A stretch of 36,551 bases of DNA from Aduncisulcus paluster (taxonomy: Eukaryota). The DNA is taken from assembly GCA_024181965.1 (NCBI GenBank), contig BQXS01010791.1:1-36551 (forward strand), given 5' to 3'. Positions within the stretch are counted from its first letter, which is position 1. The number at the start of each line of letters is the position of its first letter. Positions 1 through 14,300 of this stretch are shown piece after piece. A model generated the notes under the pieces. The model was not told where the DNA came from and made no database searches. It saw nothing but the letters and a program-made list of their open reading frames with translations. The position numbers and the translations under genes were made by a program.

Positions 1-2
1 GG

Positions 3-1112
3 AGGGTGTCCCGAATGAGTTATTCCTATGGCTTTACGTCAGATTCAATTGTTGCACCAAGAAGCACAGTCTCCTCCTCTTCCTCCTCTTCCCAGCGGAG
101 GGAGAAGGAGAGGCGAGACAAAGAAAGGAGAAGGAGAGAACAAGCACAAAGAGAAAAAGAAAGGAAAGAAAAGGAGAGGTTGGAAATGAAACGAATTCAA
201 ATGGAAAAAGAGGAAGAAGAAGCTCGGCGGCGAACAGAATCGACGTCAGAATTTGATCGAAAGATCGAAAAGACCAATAATGGAACAAGAAGTGGGAAAG
301 GATCGCGACGGAGCACATCAAGAAAGAAACGACGTGGGGACAAGCATCACTCGACAACAGAAACCTCTCTTCCTCTCCGTCAACAGCAATCTGAACAGAC
401 GAACGAGGATGATAGCGCTAGAAGCATACGAATTATCACTCAACCAAACTCAAGCACCCCATCAACAAGCTCAGATTCCCTCACTGGGTCTGTGTTGACA
501 AGCTCTGTCTTTATGCATGGGGATAATCCCCTTGACAACTCTGGATCCGTGCCATTGTCACACTCGCCTTCACTCTCGATCACAACTCCCCTCATAATCC
601 ACAGAGAGAGTGTTATTGAGCGAAGAACACCGCCTTCTGTATTTAAACCCCACCACACTCCACTGAGACCTTCCTCGTTGTCTTCTTCTTCGACTCCATT
701 TATCTCTAAGGATGATCAAGTGGCCGATTTATCCGGAGATGGTGCTTCTGGCCTCTCGAAGGGAATGCTGTCTGCACTTGATCATACCGTTTCGAGTAAC
801 GAAGGGACAGATATCCTGAGAATCACTGGAGAGGATGATCTTTTACTTCCCGTTGAAGAAGACCGCATTGCTGGTTTGTCCAGTCTCGGTCATAGTGGAA
901 TGGGGTCAAGTTTTGTTATGATTGACAATTCTATGGGAATGTCAGGAGATATTCCGGCGACTCCCACGAATCAGTTGTTATGCGCATTTGCAGATGGCAT
1001 GCGGAAATGTGGCATTGAAATGCCTGAGGAATCGTCCCATTTACTTGAAGATTTGTTCCACATTCCTGGTTTTGCTGAGGAAGTCATTGCACAAATTCGG
1101 AAAGGACATTGA
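3..1112 (+). CDS. 5'-truncated hypothetical protein: S/R/E/K-rich low-complexity and coiled-coil region with a short helical C-terminus
   Basis: The frame is open from the window edge to TGA 1110-1112. GC content is higher than in the AT-rich flank that follows. No family recognised. Confidence 0.8.
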   Translation, partial: RVSRMSYSYGFTSDSIVAPRSTVSSSSSSSQRREKERRDKERRRREQAQREKERKEKERLEMKRIQMEKEEEEARRRTESTSEFDRKIEKTNNGTRSGKGSRRSTSRKKRRGDKHHSTTETSLPLRQQQSEQTNEDDSARSIRIITQPNSSTPSTSSDSLTGSVLTSSVFMHGDNPLDNSGSVPLSHSPSLSITTPLIIHRESVIERRTPPSVFKPHHTPLRPSSLSSSSTPFISKDDQVADLSGDGASGLSKGMLSALDHTVSSNEGTDILRITGEDDLLLPVEEDRIAGLSSLGHSGMGSSFVMIDNSMGMSGDIPATPTNQLLCAFADGMRKCGIEMPEESSHLLEDLFHIPGFAEEVIAQIRKGH

Positions 1113-2384
1113 TGTAAATAATTGAGGTGGTAATAATATTACTGTCTCTTTACTAATTAAACATTATTCGATCTTATTGTCATCTCTCTTCAGCGTTCAA
1201 AATTATTATTAAATTACCTTCTTTTTCTGTTCAGTAATATCTGTTTTTTTTGCTCACTTTCTTCTTCAAAACTTTTATATAGTTAATATATATTATATAT
1301 TGCAATTAAACCTTTGGATCTTCTTCTTGATTTATTCTTATTGCTTTTTCTACTGTGCTATTATTTATGTATATCTATATATACAATCACATACGTCTTC
1401 CATTTCTTCTCAAACATCATATTTTCTTTATAAATTATAAATTAATTATTATTGATATTTTTCGCATATTATTCTTTTGAGAAGAGTTTATTCCCATCTC
1501 TAATGGGGGAAAAATATCTTCGATTCGAAAGAAGAAATACGATAAATTTTTGTATTGAATATACCGATATTTTACTTTATCAAGCATACTTTTATATTAT
1601 CTTGATCAAGACTTGATTATTTTTGAATTTTTTTAGTTTTTTCAATTTATTTATTTCTCAAGAGCAAACGAAAGCGATTGGATTAAAATTCTATCAAATG
1701 GAATAGATAGATCAAAGATCTATCTTTAAAAGATCAATATTTGTATCACAGATTTTTTTTGCAGATTCAATTCAAAATATAATTATTTAGGTTTAATTAT
1801 AATTGAAAGTTTTGGAAAATACAAATGAATTTGGTTGTTAAATAATTTGTGATATTATATCTGAAAATTACCTTCTTTCATGATAGAAATCGATAGAAAA
1901 ATCAGAACTTCAAATTTCTTGCGAAAAATAAAAAACTCGGTTCAAAAATAGGTCTATCAAATGTCATCTAATATAAATTTCTGAAAAATGAATGATTTAA
2001 AAATGAAAATGATTTAAAAATGAGCATTTAAGCCCAAGAATTCATGAAGAAAAAAAGCAAAATCTAAGGTAGATGAAAATTCACACAGTTCTGGACAGAA
2101 ATTTCTGAGCTCCCGTCAGAACAATGGGATGTTGGTGTAAATAAACAAGATTGCATTAAAATGGAAAAGAATACCTCAGCAAGGAAAACAACAATCCAGA
2201 AGGAAGCGATAATAATAAAAAAAAAGAAAAAAAAAAAAAAAAAAAAGATTAAGATAGATGTAATTACCTACCTAGAAAAACAAAAATAAACAAAATAGCA
2301 ATTTGGAAAGAAGAAAAAAGATCTTAAAACTCATTAAAATGATTTGATAATCAGTAAAAAAAGTTCAAAAAGGTTTTAAATGTC

Positions 2385-5300
2385 TTAAACGTTGTCCTTT
2401 TTCTTTCTATTCTTTTTTTTCTTTTGTGTTTGAGACACAGACAGTGGTTGGAGGAAAGTTTTTGATGATATTTTATGACTCTTCTTTGATTTCTTGGAAA
2501 TCTTCTTCCGTTTCATTATTTTAACCTTCAAAGTCTCTGTTTTAGGCTCTGAAAAGGCAGTAGAACTTGTTTCCAATGAAGAAGAATGGGAATGATCAGA
2601 ACTGTGAGGATCAATAATCGGAATTGGCACTGGAGATATTCTAGACACAAATCTTGATTCTGAAAAACTATCAAATTGGCCTCCACTAGCTTCACTATCA
2701 TCATGGATTACATGGACCTGCCTGGAAGGATGCGTAAAGCCATCAGAGCTTCTTTCTTGCAGGTGGAACGAAAGATCATTACCCCAAACAAGTTCTTGAA
2801 TATCTTTTTCCTGTTTAATAACATCTCCTTTGACGTTTCTAGGCCGGAATTGTGAGGAATCATGACCAGTTTTATCACCCTTGCGTTTTTCGACAAACCA
2901 CAAAATCAATCCAAATAAGGCGAACAAGACCGAGATTATTGTAAGAATAATGAGTATAATCAGTCCGACAGGTGCATCATCAGGCTGGGAACAAGACACT
3001 CCATTCCATCCATCCTCACAAAGACAAAAATACTCAGAGGAATCTGATAGATAAGTACAAATTCCATGGGAGGAACACAAACCATCATACTCAATCGTTT
3101 CTGTTCCAATTCCAACTAAACAAACATCCACGGAACATTTTTTCTCTATTGTAGAATTGACAGATTCCAGATCACTCAAACTCTCATTTCCCCATCCATA
3201 ATCACACTCACAAGTAGCTGTTCGGCTTGTCCCATCAATGATACACTCTGCATAACTCCCTTCTTCACTCCCACAATTCATACAAGCAGTATCATTTCCA
3301 TCAACATCCCTATACTCCGGATGGGAAGCTGGATCAAGGCAGATTCCAGTCAGAGCATCAGTAGCTAGGCCGTGGGATGAGCAATCACACGTTCCAGTTG
3401 TAGTTTCTGCGTATTCCTGATAAGAACTCCCTTCTGTTGAATCGTCAGAATAGTCTTTCCCACAAACATAATCAATAAATACGGATAAATCTTCAGAATA
3501 AATACTTTCAACGGGGTATGGATATTCACAATAAGCTCCAAACCATCCAGAATTACAAGAACAACTTGAGACTTCAACTTCTCCAGAGGTAGTTGTGACA
3601 ATTTCTACAGAACAGTTCCCATTGCCTCCACATGTATCAAAATCATTACAATACAGTTGACAGGCAGAACCAACATAATTGATATCACAAAGGCAGGAAT
3701 GTGAGATTGATCCACAGATTCCATGAGGCTGATTGCACTGGACTGACTCATATATAGGACATGGAGATGAACAATCATCACCATACCAATCAGCATAACA
3801 CTCACAATACTGAATATCCCCATCAGAGACACACAGTCCTCTTTCTCCTCCACACAAGGAACAGCTATCGGAAACAACACAATCATTCTCAATCTCGTCA
3901 AAGAAAGCATTTCCCTCACATGTACATGACTCTTCAGTTCCATTCCAAGAGGAACAAACCCGATAATCGGTTGAATAGTCGCATGGCATTTCTTGATTTT
4001 CTCCACAAGACATAGAGCGTTGAGAAGAAGCACTCCATTGCAAATTATCAACGGATTCTCCAATCTTTAGCTCAAGAAGAGACCTACAATCATCCGTATC
4101 ATCACAGGGAAGATAGTTTTGGTCCAAATTAATTCTATATATCGGTAAAGTTGTCATCACAGAGGAAACGAGTGACATATCAGATATATTTGAATTGCTA
4201 AAATCAAGAGAAACAAGATTTTGCAGAGACGAATGTAAAAATAGGAGAGAAGGATCAGAAATGGGACAATATGAAATATCAAGTGTCGTGAGAGATTCTA
4301 CCATTGGATTATAGTTCGTTTGAATACACTCAGAACCAATACATTGAGAAAACAAATTAGTCCATGATAATATCTCATTCAAATCACTCATTGAGTCGAT
4401 GGATAAACATCCAGACATAAATATACCCTGGAGAGAGCACAATCCGACGCAATTGAGCTGGTAATAATCATAAATGGAAGACATAATGGTTTCTTTCAGC
4501 GAAACTACACCAGAATATAGGGATTTGATGGAAGAAATGGTGATATCACCCGGAAATACAATCGTAACAAGCTTCCGAAGGTTTGAAATGGGAGAAAAAT
4601 CAGTGATCAATGACCCATCTTCAAAAATTAGCAGTTCAAGTTGCTCACAGAACTGAATTCCTTCAATAGAAAGTACATTAGAAGGAATAACTAGGGATTT
4701 CAGATCAGTGACATCAGAAACAAGCATAGATTTTGATATGGACGAGTCTTGAGAATCATCACACTCAACATTTGGAATATTTTCACACAATAAATCGATG
4801 AAAGAACTGTCAATCTCCTCATAAAGATCCAGAGCAACATCTTCAAATGAACATAATTCCCCAGTCAGACCTTCGGGACACTCACAAGAATGGCTATCTT
4901 CGAGGCAGTCATATCCAGCACAAATAAGACCATCAATATCAGTTGGACAGGCAGAATCACACGAATCGCCATACCACCCTCGAAAACAACGAACTTTCAT
5001 CGAAAACTCATCGTTATAGACTCCAACACACTCCTTTTGAGGATTTACACATGTTTCAAGGAGAGAAACGTCAGAATTGAATGCAGGGGTTTCACAGGTA
5101 ATGCTCTGAGAGGAGACAATTCGAACAGAATCGGCTGCACATTCAAGATCAATGATGAGATCGCCATCAGGCTCGACCCCGATAACGCGGCAGATCATTG
5201 AATTTAAAACTGGGTTGGGGCACTCGATGCCAAGAGATGTGGTATACATAGTCGTTTGATCTCCAACGATAACGCCTGAGTTTTGTGGAGAGGAGGAAGA

Positions 5301-8300
5301 ACTCGTTGTTGTAGGGAATTTGAGAGCAAGATCAGCACTTGAGACACCACCGCCCAATAAATTATTCTCGAGGTCAAGAGTTGTAAGAGTTCCATTCAAT
5401 TCATAGAGAGATATCAGATCAAGGATATAATTATGAGAAATGTCAATACTTTGCAGATAATGGAGGTTGGAGAGGGAATATAAATCATAAATTCGGTTGT
5501 AAGAGAGATCAAGAGATTCAAGATAAGTTAAACATTGGAGACCGTCAGTATTTCTCAAATTATTTCCACTCAGGTCAAGAAAAGTCAATTCAGACGCAAG
5601 ATTACAGATATCAGGGATTGTTTGGAGAGCGCAATCGTGAAGAATAAGCGAAGACAAATTTGAGAGAGTTGCAAGATCAGCACTCAATTCTGAAGATAGT
5701 TGAATACCACTCAGATCCAGATAATTGAGATAATATCCATTTAAGACCGATATGTCAGTCACCCCTGAGTATGAAAGGTTGAGGGATTCGAGGGGAGAGG
5801 AAGAGAGAGAGGAAGCATCAATAAGACTGGTACAACCAGATAAATCCAATGAAATGAGATTAAGAACAGCCCCAATACCGTTGATATTTGATAAAGATGT
5901 ACAATTAGAGAGATTAATCTCAGTGACCTTGGTACCATGTGAAAGAGGAGATAGAGCACCAGTGATAAGAACATTATCGCTCAAATCAAGTGTTGAAGGA
6001 AGCCGAGCCAAGTCGGCGGAAGTAAGGTCACAGGCAGAATTCTTTCCTAAGACTTCACAAAGAGCGATTTGAAGATAAAAATCTGAGAAATACACATATT
6101 CACAGGCATCACCATAATATTCATCGCCACAATCACACAGATGAGTGCTTGGATCACATGAAAACCCACTACACATAATCTCATATTCAAAAGAGTCAGA
6201 TACATCATTGATGGGACAAAAACTTGAGCAAGTTGGATCAAACCAAATAGGAGATCCAGATTCATCTTCAAAACACTGACAGGTAACCTCCACGCCATCT
6301 GGCATCAAAACACACTGCCCGTGCCCCTCTACACATCCTTCACAAGCATTGTCTTCACCACTCGCATCAACACAATATCCAGAAACTTCATCAAGATATG
6401 CAGTTGAGAGACATGAACATTCCCAAGTATCGGTTGGAGCTTCAGAACTCTGAACACAATCGCCATATATAGAACAATCAAGACCATTGTTGCATCTAGA
6501 TTGGCAGTGAAATGTGCTTGATGAAGGATCTACTAACACAGACTGAAAACTTTCATCACATGAGCAACTCCAAGAATATGGTTCGTATTGGACTATAAAA
6601 CATTCCCCAGAGCCTCCACACGAACTGTCAGAACAGTATTGTACGGAACAATTCTCAGAACCCCATCCAACATCACACGCACACAAATGGTCATTTCCAC
6701 AGTCTCCGTGATCACTGCACAACACTCCAGCATCATTAACGGGGCATTCAGAAGTACACGTATCATAATACCACCCTTCAGTGCATACACAGGAAGCAAC
6801 GTCATCATCTCCAAGAGTACATTTTCCATGCTCAGAGCATCCATAACATTCAGAAGGAGCTATACATATACCAGATGTCTGATCTAAATAGGAATCATAT
6901 GAACAATCACATACATGAGTATCGCTATCACATTGACCATGCCCACCACATATAACATCATTCTCATCTGTGGGACAATCAGCAGAACAATCAGATCCAA
7001 ACCATACATAATCGCCATTGATATCGGAATAACACTCACATTTAATGATAGAACTATCAAAAAAATCAGATACACAACTTCCCTGATCTTGAATACAATC
7101 ACAATACTCAGTGCCATCGAGACACACATCGGTGAGATAATAGGAATCATCAAGGGATAAATACCAATTGAGCTCGCATCCACAAGTCCAATCAGCTTCA
7201 TGGGATGGGTCAACCACACCATAAACTGTCTGAAATGGAAGACAGTGCAAACTTGAAACATTTGAATCTGAGGTATCGATATTCCCACATCCAAGCCCAG
7301 AGTTACAATAGGAAGTACAACATGGAATTAAATCATCATTAACATCATTATACTCATTCGTTGGACAAGAACACACCCATGCATGAGAAGGATATAGAGC
7401 CTCAGCATCTGCATAGACACATTGTCCTGTGGTCAAGGTTGAACATGTAGTATCAGAACATTGTTGTTCCTCACAAGAAAAAGTGCCGTATCCAATTTCG
7501 CATACACACACGTGATTATCAAGATTACAAACACCATGGTACGAACAATTGTTATCACATTGAATGTCACAGTCATTCCCATACCATCCTTCAATGCAGG
7601 TCAAATTAATCTGAGAAATATCATCTTTGACAACGGCTTGCCAATGATTTTCCTCATCATTTGCAAATAATTCAACCATTTCAGAGGTTAAGGTTGGAAT
7701 CTCATCGCATACAAGATGACCTTGGTTTTCTTCTTCTCCATAATTCCTCATAAATGCTTTCATACAGTCAAACCTCGTCACAGATTGGTCTGATGAGCCA
7801 AACCATACAGTCCTACATATTGAGTTTAGCTGAAAACCACTGGAAGGGCAATCACACAGAGAAGAATCCTGGTCCAATGTTGACAGGGATGACATATTGG
7901 ATAAGAAACTCGAAAGTATCGAAGAACTGGCAGTCAGCTCATTGTCTTGAAAATCAGTGGGATCATCAGATTCAAGAATTCCACAGATTCGATTCCCATC
8001 TAGATACAACTCCGTCAACGAAGAAAGACGAAGCAAAGGTGAAATATCATTTAATTCATTATCGCGAAGATCTAGCTTCAATACAGAAGTCGGGATAGAC
8101 CACAAGGAATACTCAACAAATAAACATGAAACTGCTGTCAAGGAATCCAGAGTAAAATACATCAACTCTGATGGAGAAATTGATAATCCGCTGATATCAA
8201 GGGATTCAAGACTAATTGGTGCCTGAGAACAGGTTGTGATACCATCATTTTCTCGCGAACATAGAGGAATAATAGAAGAAATATCGGTATGAGCAATATT

Positions 8301-11300
8301 TACACTTGTAAAACTACCACATGAATTTGAGGCATCTGAACAATCAAGAAATTCATTCAAGTCTTCATTATTTGAAACATTTAATACCTCCAAACTTGTT
8401 GTAGATAGTTCTGGAAAATCAACAAACCCACAATTCTTTGCAATTAATGTTGTAAGGTTTGCAAACTGCACTAAGACGCCAGAATTGAGTTCTATATTAC
8501 TGACATTTAGCAACGTAAGTTGGTCAACAACATCTCCAGATACTTCAAGGTTTTGCATCGCCGTACAATCAGAGAGATCCAGTTCAGTGATGGAAGATAA
8601 TCCTTCCAATTCGAGAAAGGAAAGACTTTGAAACTTTGAGAAAGAAAGAGAAGAGGAGTTGGCAATGGTAGAATCATATGTCAAATCGACAATAGAAATC
8701 TCCTCAAGGGTATTTGATAGGGATGTCAATACAGAAGAGATAGAATCATCGAGTGAACAAGTGTCAAGAAAAATAGAAATGAGTCCCAAGTTCGATAGAT
8801 CAGGAAATACCTCCATTTCTGTTGACAAGAGAGACAATGATGTAAGAGAAGAGAGAGAAGACAGGAACGATTGGGATGCACTGGAAATTGCGCCTACTTT
8901 AAGGTCTAGAATACTATCAAAACAATCACCCATTTGAGTAATGTCAGATATCTTTGTTCCTTGGAGATCAAGCGATTCAAGGGATTGAGAAGTTAATCTA
9001 AGAATAGAAAGTTCCCTAAAATCATCAAAATTCAATGCAGTAATCGAGGAATCAAGCTCATTGCCTTGAAAATACAATTCGGTCAGTCGTTTCTGAATGT
9101 CAAAATCAAGATCGTCAAAAAGAGGGGTGATATCTGTAATGGAAGAATTATCACTCAAGTCAAGGACATTCAAATTAACCAAATCATTCAAAGTCAAGAT
9201 ATCAATAATTGTTAATTCATTCTTGCCTAAATACAGGTCTTCAATGGAGGTGTACAAGGTTGGCATTGAAGTTAATCCACAATTCTCCAATGAAAGAACA
9301 GTTAAAACCAAGTAATTGGAGAAATCATAAGAGGTGAAAGTGGAAACATTATCAAGATAAAGTTCCTCAAGCGAACTAAAATCAGCTAATAAGTTAACTA
9401 ATTTTGTATCACTAACATCAAGGATTTTAACACCAGTTCCCAGCACAGATAATGAGGACAATTCAGAGAATTTTGACAAATCAAGACCATTTATGAGAAA
9501 ATCTAAATTTGTCCAAGAAAATGAAATATTTTCGAGGGTTTTTGAGAGCAAATCCAGTGTTGTCGTGAATTCTCCTGTAGAAACCGCCGTGAAGGAGGCT
9601 ACAGATTCCAAAGCAAAAGATGTCAATTTTGTAAGAGAGGAAAGGTCGGGAATAGATGTTAAATTTGCCTCTGAAATGAATAAAGATGTAAGATTTGTAA
9701 ACGAATTCAAATCTTCAGCATTCGTATCATTAATATTAGGACAATTCAAGAGAGATAAATATGTCAATTGAGTAGAAATTGAATCAAATTGTGAAAGGTC
9801 TGATACACTTGTATCTGTGAGGAATAAATCCTCTAAACTGGAATTATTGCTCAAATCAAACGTTGAAAGAGACTTAAAATTGGAAAAATTGAGCGTGTCA
9901 ATGGTCGAAATCAAATTCCCAATCCCTCGGTACTCAACTAAACTAATAATTGGAGACGTTATGATTTCAACAATGTCACAGTCGAGGGAAGTATAACTCA
10001 AATCCAGATATGACAAGTTGGAGAACTCCATGTCAAAAAATGAACTTGAACACGAAAATACATTCTTATTTGCATCGTCACTATCATTTCCAAGGTCCAA
10101 AAACTCCAGGGAATCGCCAACGAGTGAATTTAAGGTCGGAAAAGAAGTTAAACCACACCCACGAAGACTCAATTTGACCAAAGAAGAGAAGGAATCAAGA
10201 TTAGAAGTAAGACTAACGCCATCAAGATGAAGCTCAACGAGTGAAGAATTCAAGCTTGCTTCACCAGTTAGCTTGGTAAGATCAGTAAAGCTCGTATTGC
10301 TAAGGTTGATACGGGATATAGAAATTTTGGTTCCAAAAGAAATACTTTCTAAATTTGGAAGGTGAGAAAAATCCAAAAGGGCATCCGCAATAGAGACTGA
10401 AATGGTGGAATTAGTCAAATCTATCGACTCAATTCCACTGGGAAGAGCCTGGATATTCTCATAAAATTCATCAATATCGGTATAGGAAAGGGACAAATCA
10501 GTCATTGTTAGGCTAGCCACAGATGAAGGCAAATTGGGAGGAAATTTCGTCACAGCAGTTGCACTGAGGTCCACATTGATTAAATTAGAAAATGACGATA
10601 ATGTCAGGGCGTCATCATCATCAAAAGCAGAAACGCCATTGAGATAGAGCGATATAATATTCTCTTTGACTGCTGAAGAAATATGAGAAAGATCAGTGAG
10701 TTTGGTATCAGCAAAAGAGATATTCCTAACATATTCTGTGTTGGCCAAATACAAGGTCTCAAGGTTTGGGGCACTGGAAAACAAAAAAGTTTCATGATCA
10801 TTGGCAAAAGGATCATCAAGAATGAGAGTAGAAACATGAGATGGAAGAGAGAATAATTTGGGGAAATGGCACCTTGACATGTCCAGATATTCAATTGCTG
10901 CGAAGGCTTCGAAAGCTTCTCCAAATGGATAATCCGTCGATAATGATGACATATCATTATCAGCCATATCAAGATAAGAAAGAATTGGCATGACAGAAGA
11001 ATGAAGAGCTGGAGCTGAATTGGTACCAGGAACGACCGTAAATCCACAATTACGCATGGATAACTTTTTCAATGAATCAAAATTTCCGAGATATGAAAAA
11101 TTAGTGATATTATCGATATGCAATTCAGTGAACGAGCTGGCATTTGAAGAAAACGTAGAACCGTCAAGTTGAGTTGAACTAATATCTATTCTTGAAGAAT
11201 TGGATAAGTTCAGGTTGAGAGATGTCATTACGGAGAAAGAGGAGAAATCGATGAGAGTGTCAACAGGGAATACAGCAGATGTGAGATCCAATGATACGAT

Positions 11301-14300
11301 GGAGGAATATGGAATATTTGAAACCAATAGAGCATTAACATCTTCAACCCCTGAGAGAGAAATACTACCCAAAGATAGATTCTCAAGTTCGGTTAAACCA
11401 GTGAGATCTGGAATCGAGGAAAAACTATTCCCATCCAAATTGAGAGAAACAATAGACAAATCAGCAATATCAAAACCATCGTCTCCAACAGAAAAACTGT
11501 CTAGATTGTAATTTTTCAGACTTAAGGAGGTCAGATTTATGAGAGAGGCTAATGAAACATCTGAATCCATTGAAACTGAATCTAATTCAAGAGTAGTTAG
11601 TGAGGATATAGGCAAGAATAGAGAGAAATCAGTGGTAGTTAAGGAGACTTCCGAGGAATTTGAACCGGTAATTGATAAAGTTTGAAGGCTGGTTGCAAGT
11701 TGAAGCCCCTGAAATGTTGAAATATCACCAGTAATCCCGGTTAGTTCTGTAAAATCCATGAAAGCTGGCAAAATATTGCAAGTAGTAATAGAAAATGACA
11801 ATGAGCATATCGCTGCATGCAACACGGGGTCAGGTACATAGATATATTCACAATTATCTCCTTCATACAGCTGGTATCCATTGGCATCATTAGTACATTC
11901 ACAGGTATCGTAGTATCCTGGAGACGTTGTAGAAGTGCATGTCCCCTTGTCGGATCCACTACAAACTTTACCATCTATTAGTTCACAACCAATTTCACAC
12001 AAAGAATTACTCCAACCTTCCGAACAAACACAGGAGGAACTCAAACACTCTCCATGAATGCCACAAAAATCATCACCAATCTTTCCACAATAAGATGAAT
12101 CCTCAATACAGGTAATTCCATTGAAAAAGGACCCTTCAGCACATTGACACTCAAAAGAACCATCGGACAAACGTGCACAAACACTATCACTGGAACAATC
12201 AGTACATCCGATTTCAGATGTGCAATATCCAGAATCATTGACATAGCTCGATGGTGGACATTGACAAATGAAAGTGGATGTATCACATGTTGCAAAAACA
12301 CCGCAGATTGTGGAATCGTTCGATGGGCAGGAATTGGCCGTGAAAAGGTAATTATATCCATTTCTATTCTCACAAATCATTTCGCTACCGGAATAAACAC
12401 ACCTTTTGAGGGGAGATCCAAGCATATAACCCCCACCAACCCCATGATCATCATCGTGACAAGCTGTTTGACATTCTAGGAGAGTTGTAGATGTATATTG
12501 AACACACTCGTTGGAATCCTTGTCGAGATAATATCCATACATGCACTCCATTTGATACAAAACGGGAGCATTGGAATTAATAAGCTTTCTACAGACACTG
12601 TGGAGATTCCATACTGGGAAAGCAGGGTAACAGGGGCATTGTTCTTGGGAATATGAGGAAAATGTTGATAATGCAGTTCCATTCAGAAAAGGTCCCGATG
12701 GACTTCGAAGGGATTCAATGTCACATATCATGTTCTCATCAACATTTAAATAAGTCAAAGTTGTCATGGGAGATCGTAATGATGTGATTAAAACAGAGAT
12801 ATCAGACAAATTATTGCCCCTAACGTCTAAGCTTTCTAATGCAATCGGATAAGATGATCCATTTTTCTTCAACAATCCCAAAGTACTGAATTCAATAACA
12901 TCTTCGAGCATATCGATATTGCACCGTGCGAGAGATAACGATGTGAGACTAGCATAGATCATAGAACCTGAGCTATTAATCACCGGTCGTGTCAGAGATT
13001 TAACGATATCTCTATCTTCCTTGCTTTGGCTGAGATCATAATCATCAAGCACAAGTCCAGTCAGAGAAGTGGCAAACTCAAGACCGCGCAAAGTTGTTAT
13101 CGAGTCACTGATATCAGAAAGGTCAAGAGTTCCAGTTAATTGAGCCCTTATATCCGCAAAAGTGATAAAATATGAATCATCTTTACCCAATAGTTCAAGT
13201 ATTTTCCCTCTAACAAAGGGGCAGGAAATGAGTTGGCACGTGTCAGTGTCAGTGTCTTCAGTTGAAACAAATGCACATGCGAGAGAGGTGGATGTAGAAT
13301 AAATCTCATTCTCAAAGATTGAGGGACAACTGGTGAATGAAGAAACACACTGATTATCCATGCATTGATTCGCATCAATTTCAACAGAAATAGGAGATGT
13401 TTCAAGATTTGGGAACATTCTTTCATTAGAAAAGGTCAAAAGCGAGGAGATATCACTGGAATCTTCTACGTAACACATATAATTATTTGAAAATTCAAGA
13501 GAAGATATCTGTTTGTGGGTGAAAAGCGGGGTAAAATCATAAATTATGTTATCAGAGAGATCAACGGTCTCCAAATATTGCAATCCAAATAGTGGAGAAA
13601 TGTCACTAATATTATTGTTGAGGATGGATAAACTGGTGAGAAACTCAATTTCTGATATAGAATTGACTGACAGTGAGGTAGAATTTGTAATTTCTAGGTT
13701 ATATACAAAACGACCAAAGAAACTCTGGATATTCTCATCGGGAATAACAGGAGATAACACCACATTTGTAAATTCCATGGTTTCAATGATTTGTTGGATT
13801 GGAGTGGTCAATTCGTCAGTAATAGTTGAATCTCGAATACGAATCGTCTTAATATTGTCAACCTGAACCGAATCAATGAACAAAGAACTCAGAGCAAGGT
13901 TATATAAACCTTGGAGAATCAAAGTTTCAAGAGTTGAGGGTAAACTATCAAATGTAACGGGAAAAGAGGAATATGAAGTTGAATATATAATTTCTAAATA
14001 TTCCAAACTTGGTGTTATTGAACTTAGGTCGGTTTGGAATCCCTTCATTGGGGAATTAATCAGAGTTAGAGAAACTAATTTTGGATACTCGAGGTTCTCA
14101 AGGGAATATAAGCATAAACCTTTCCCAGATGCAAATGTAATTGACAGCTCTTCCAAATTATCGTCAAATTTCTGTGATGACATGATGCCACCACACCCTC
14201 CACTATCATCAATTTCATGAATGGTTAATTGTGTTACCGTAGATTGCAATTCGTCCAAAACACCCGCAACACAGTCATCAGATCCACCAACAATGGTAAA

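Noticed and set aside
1984-2030. Short tandem AATGATTTAAAAATGA repeats as a CRISPR or telomeric array
   Set aside because: Only about two AT-rich copies with no unique spacers; ordinary slippage.
2708-14220. Many 60-150 aa ORFs overlapping or antisense to the giant gene (and similar ones over other genes)
   Set aside because: They are shadow frames of real coding sequence with no motifs of their own.
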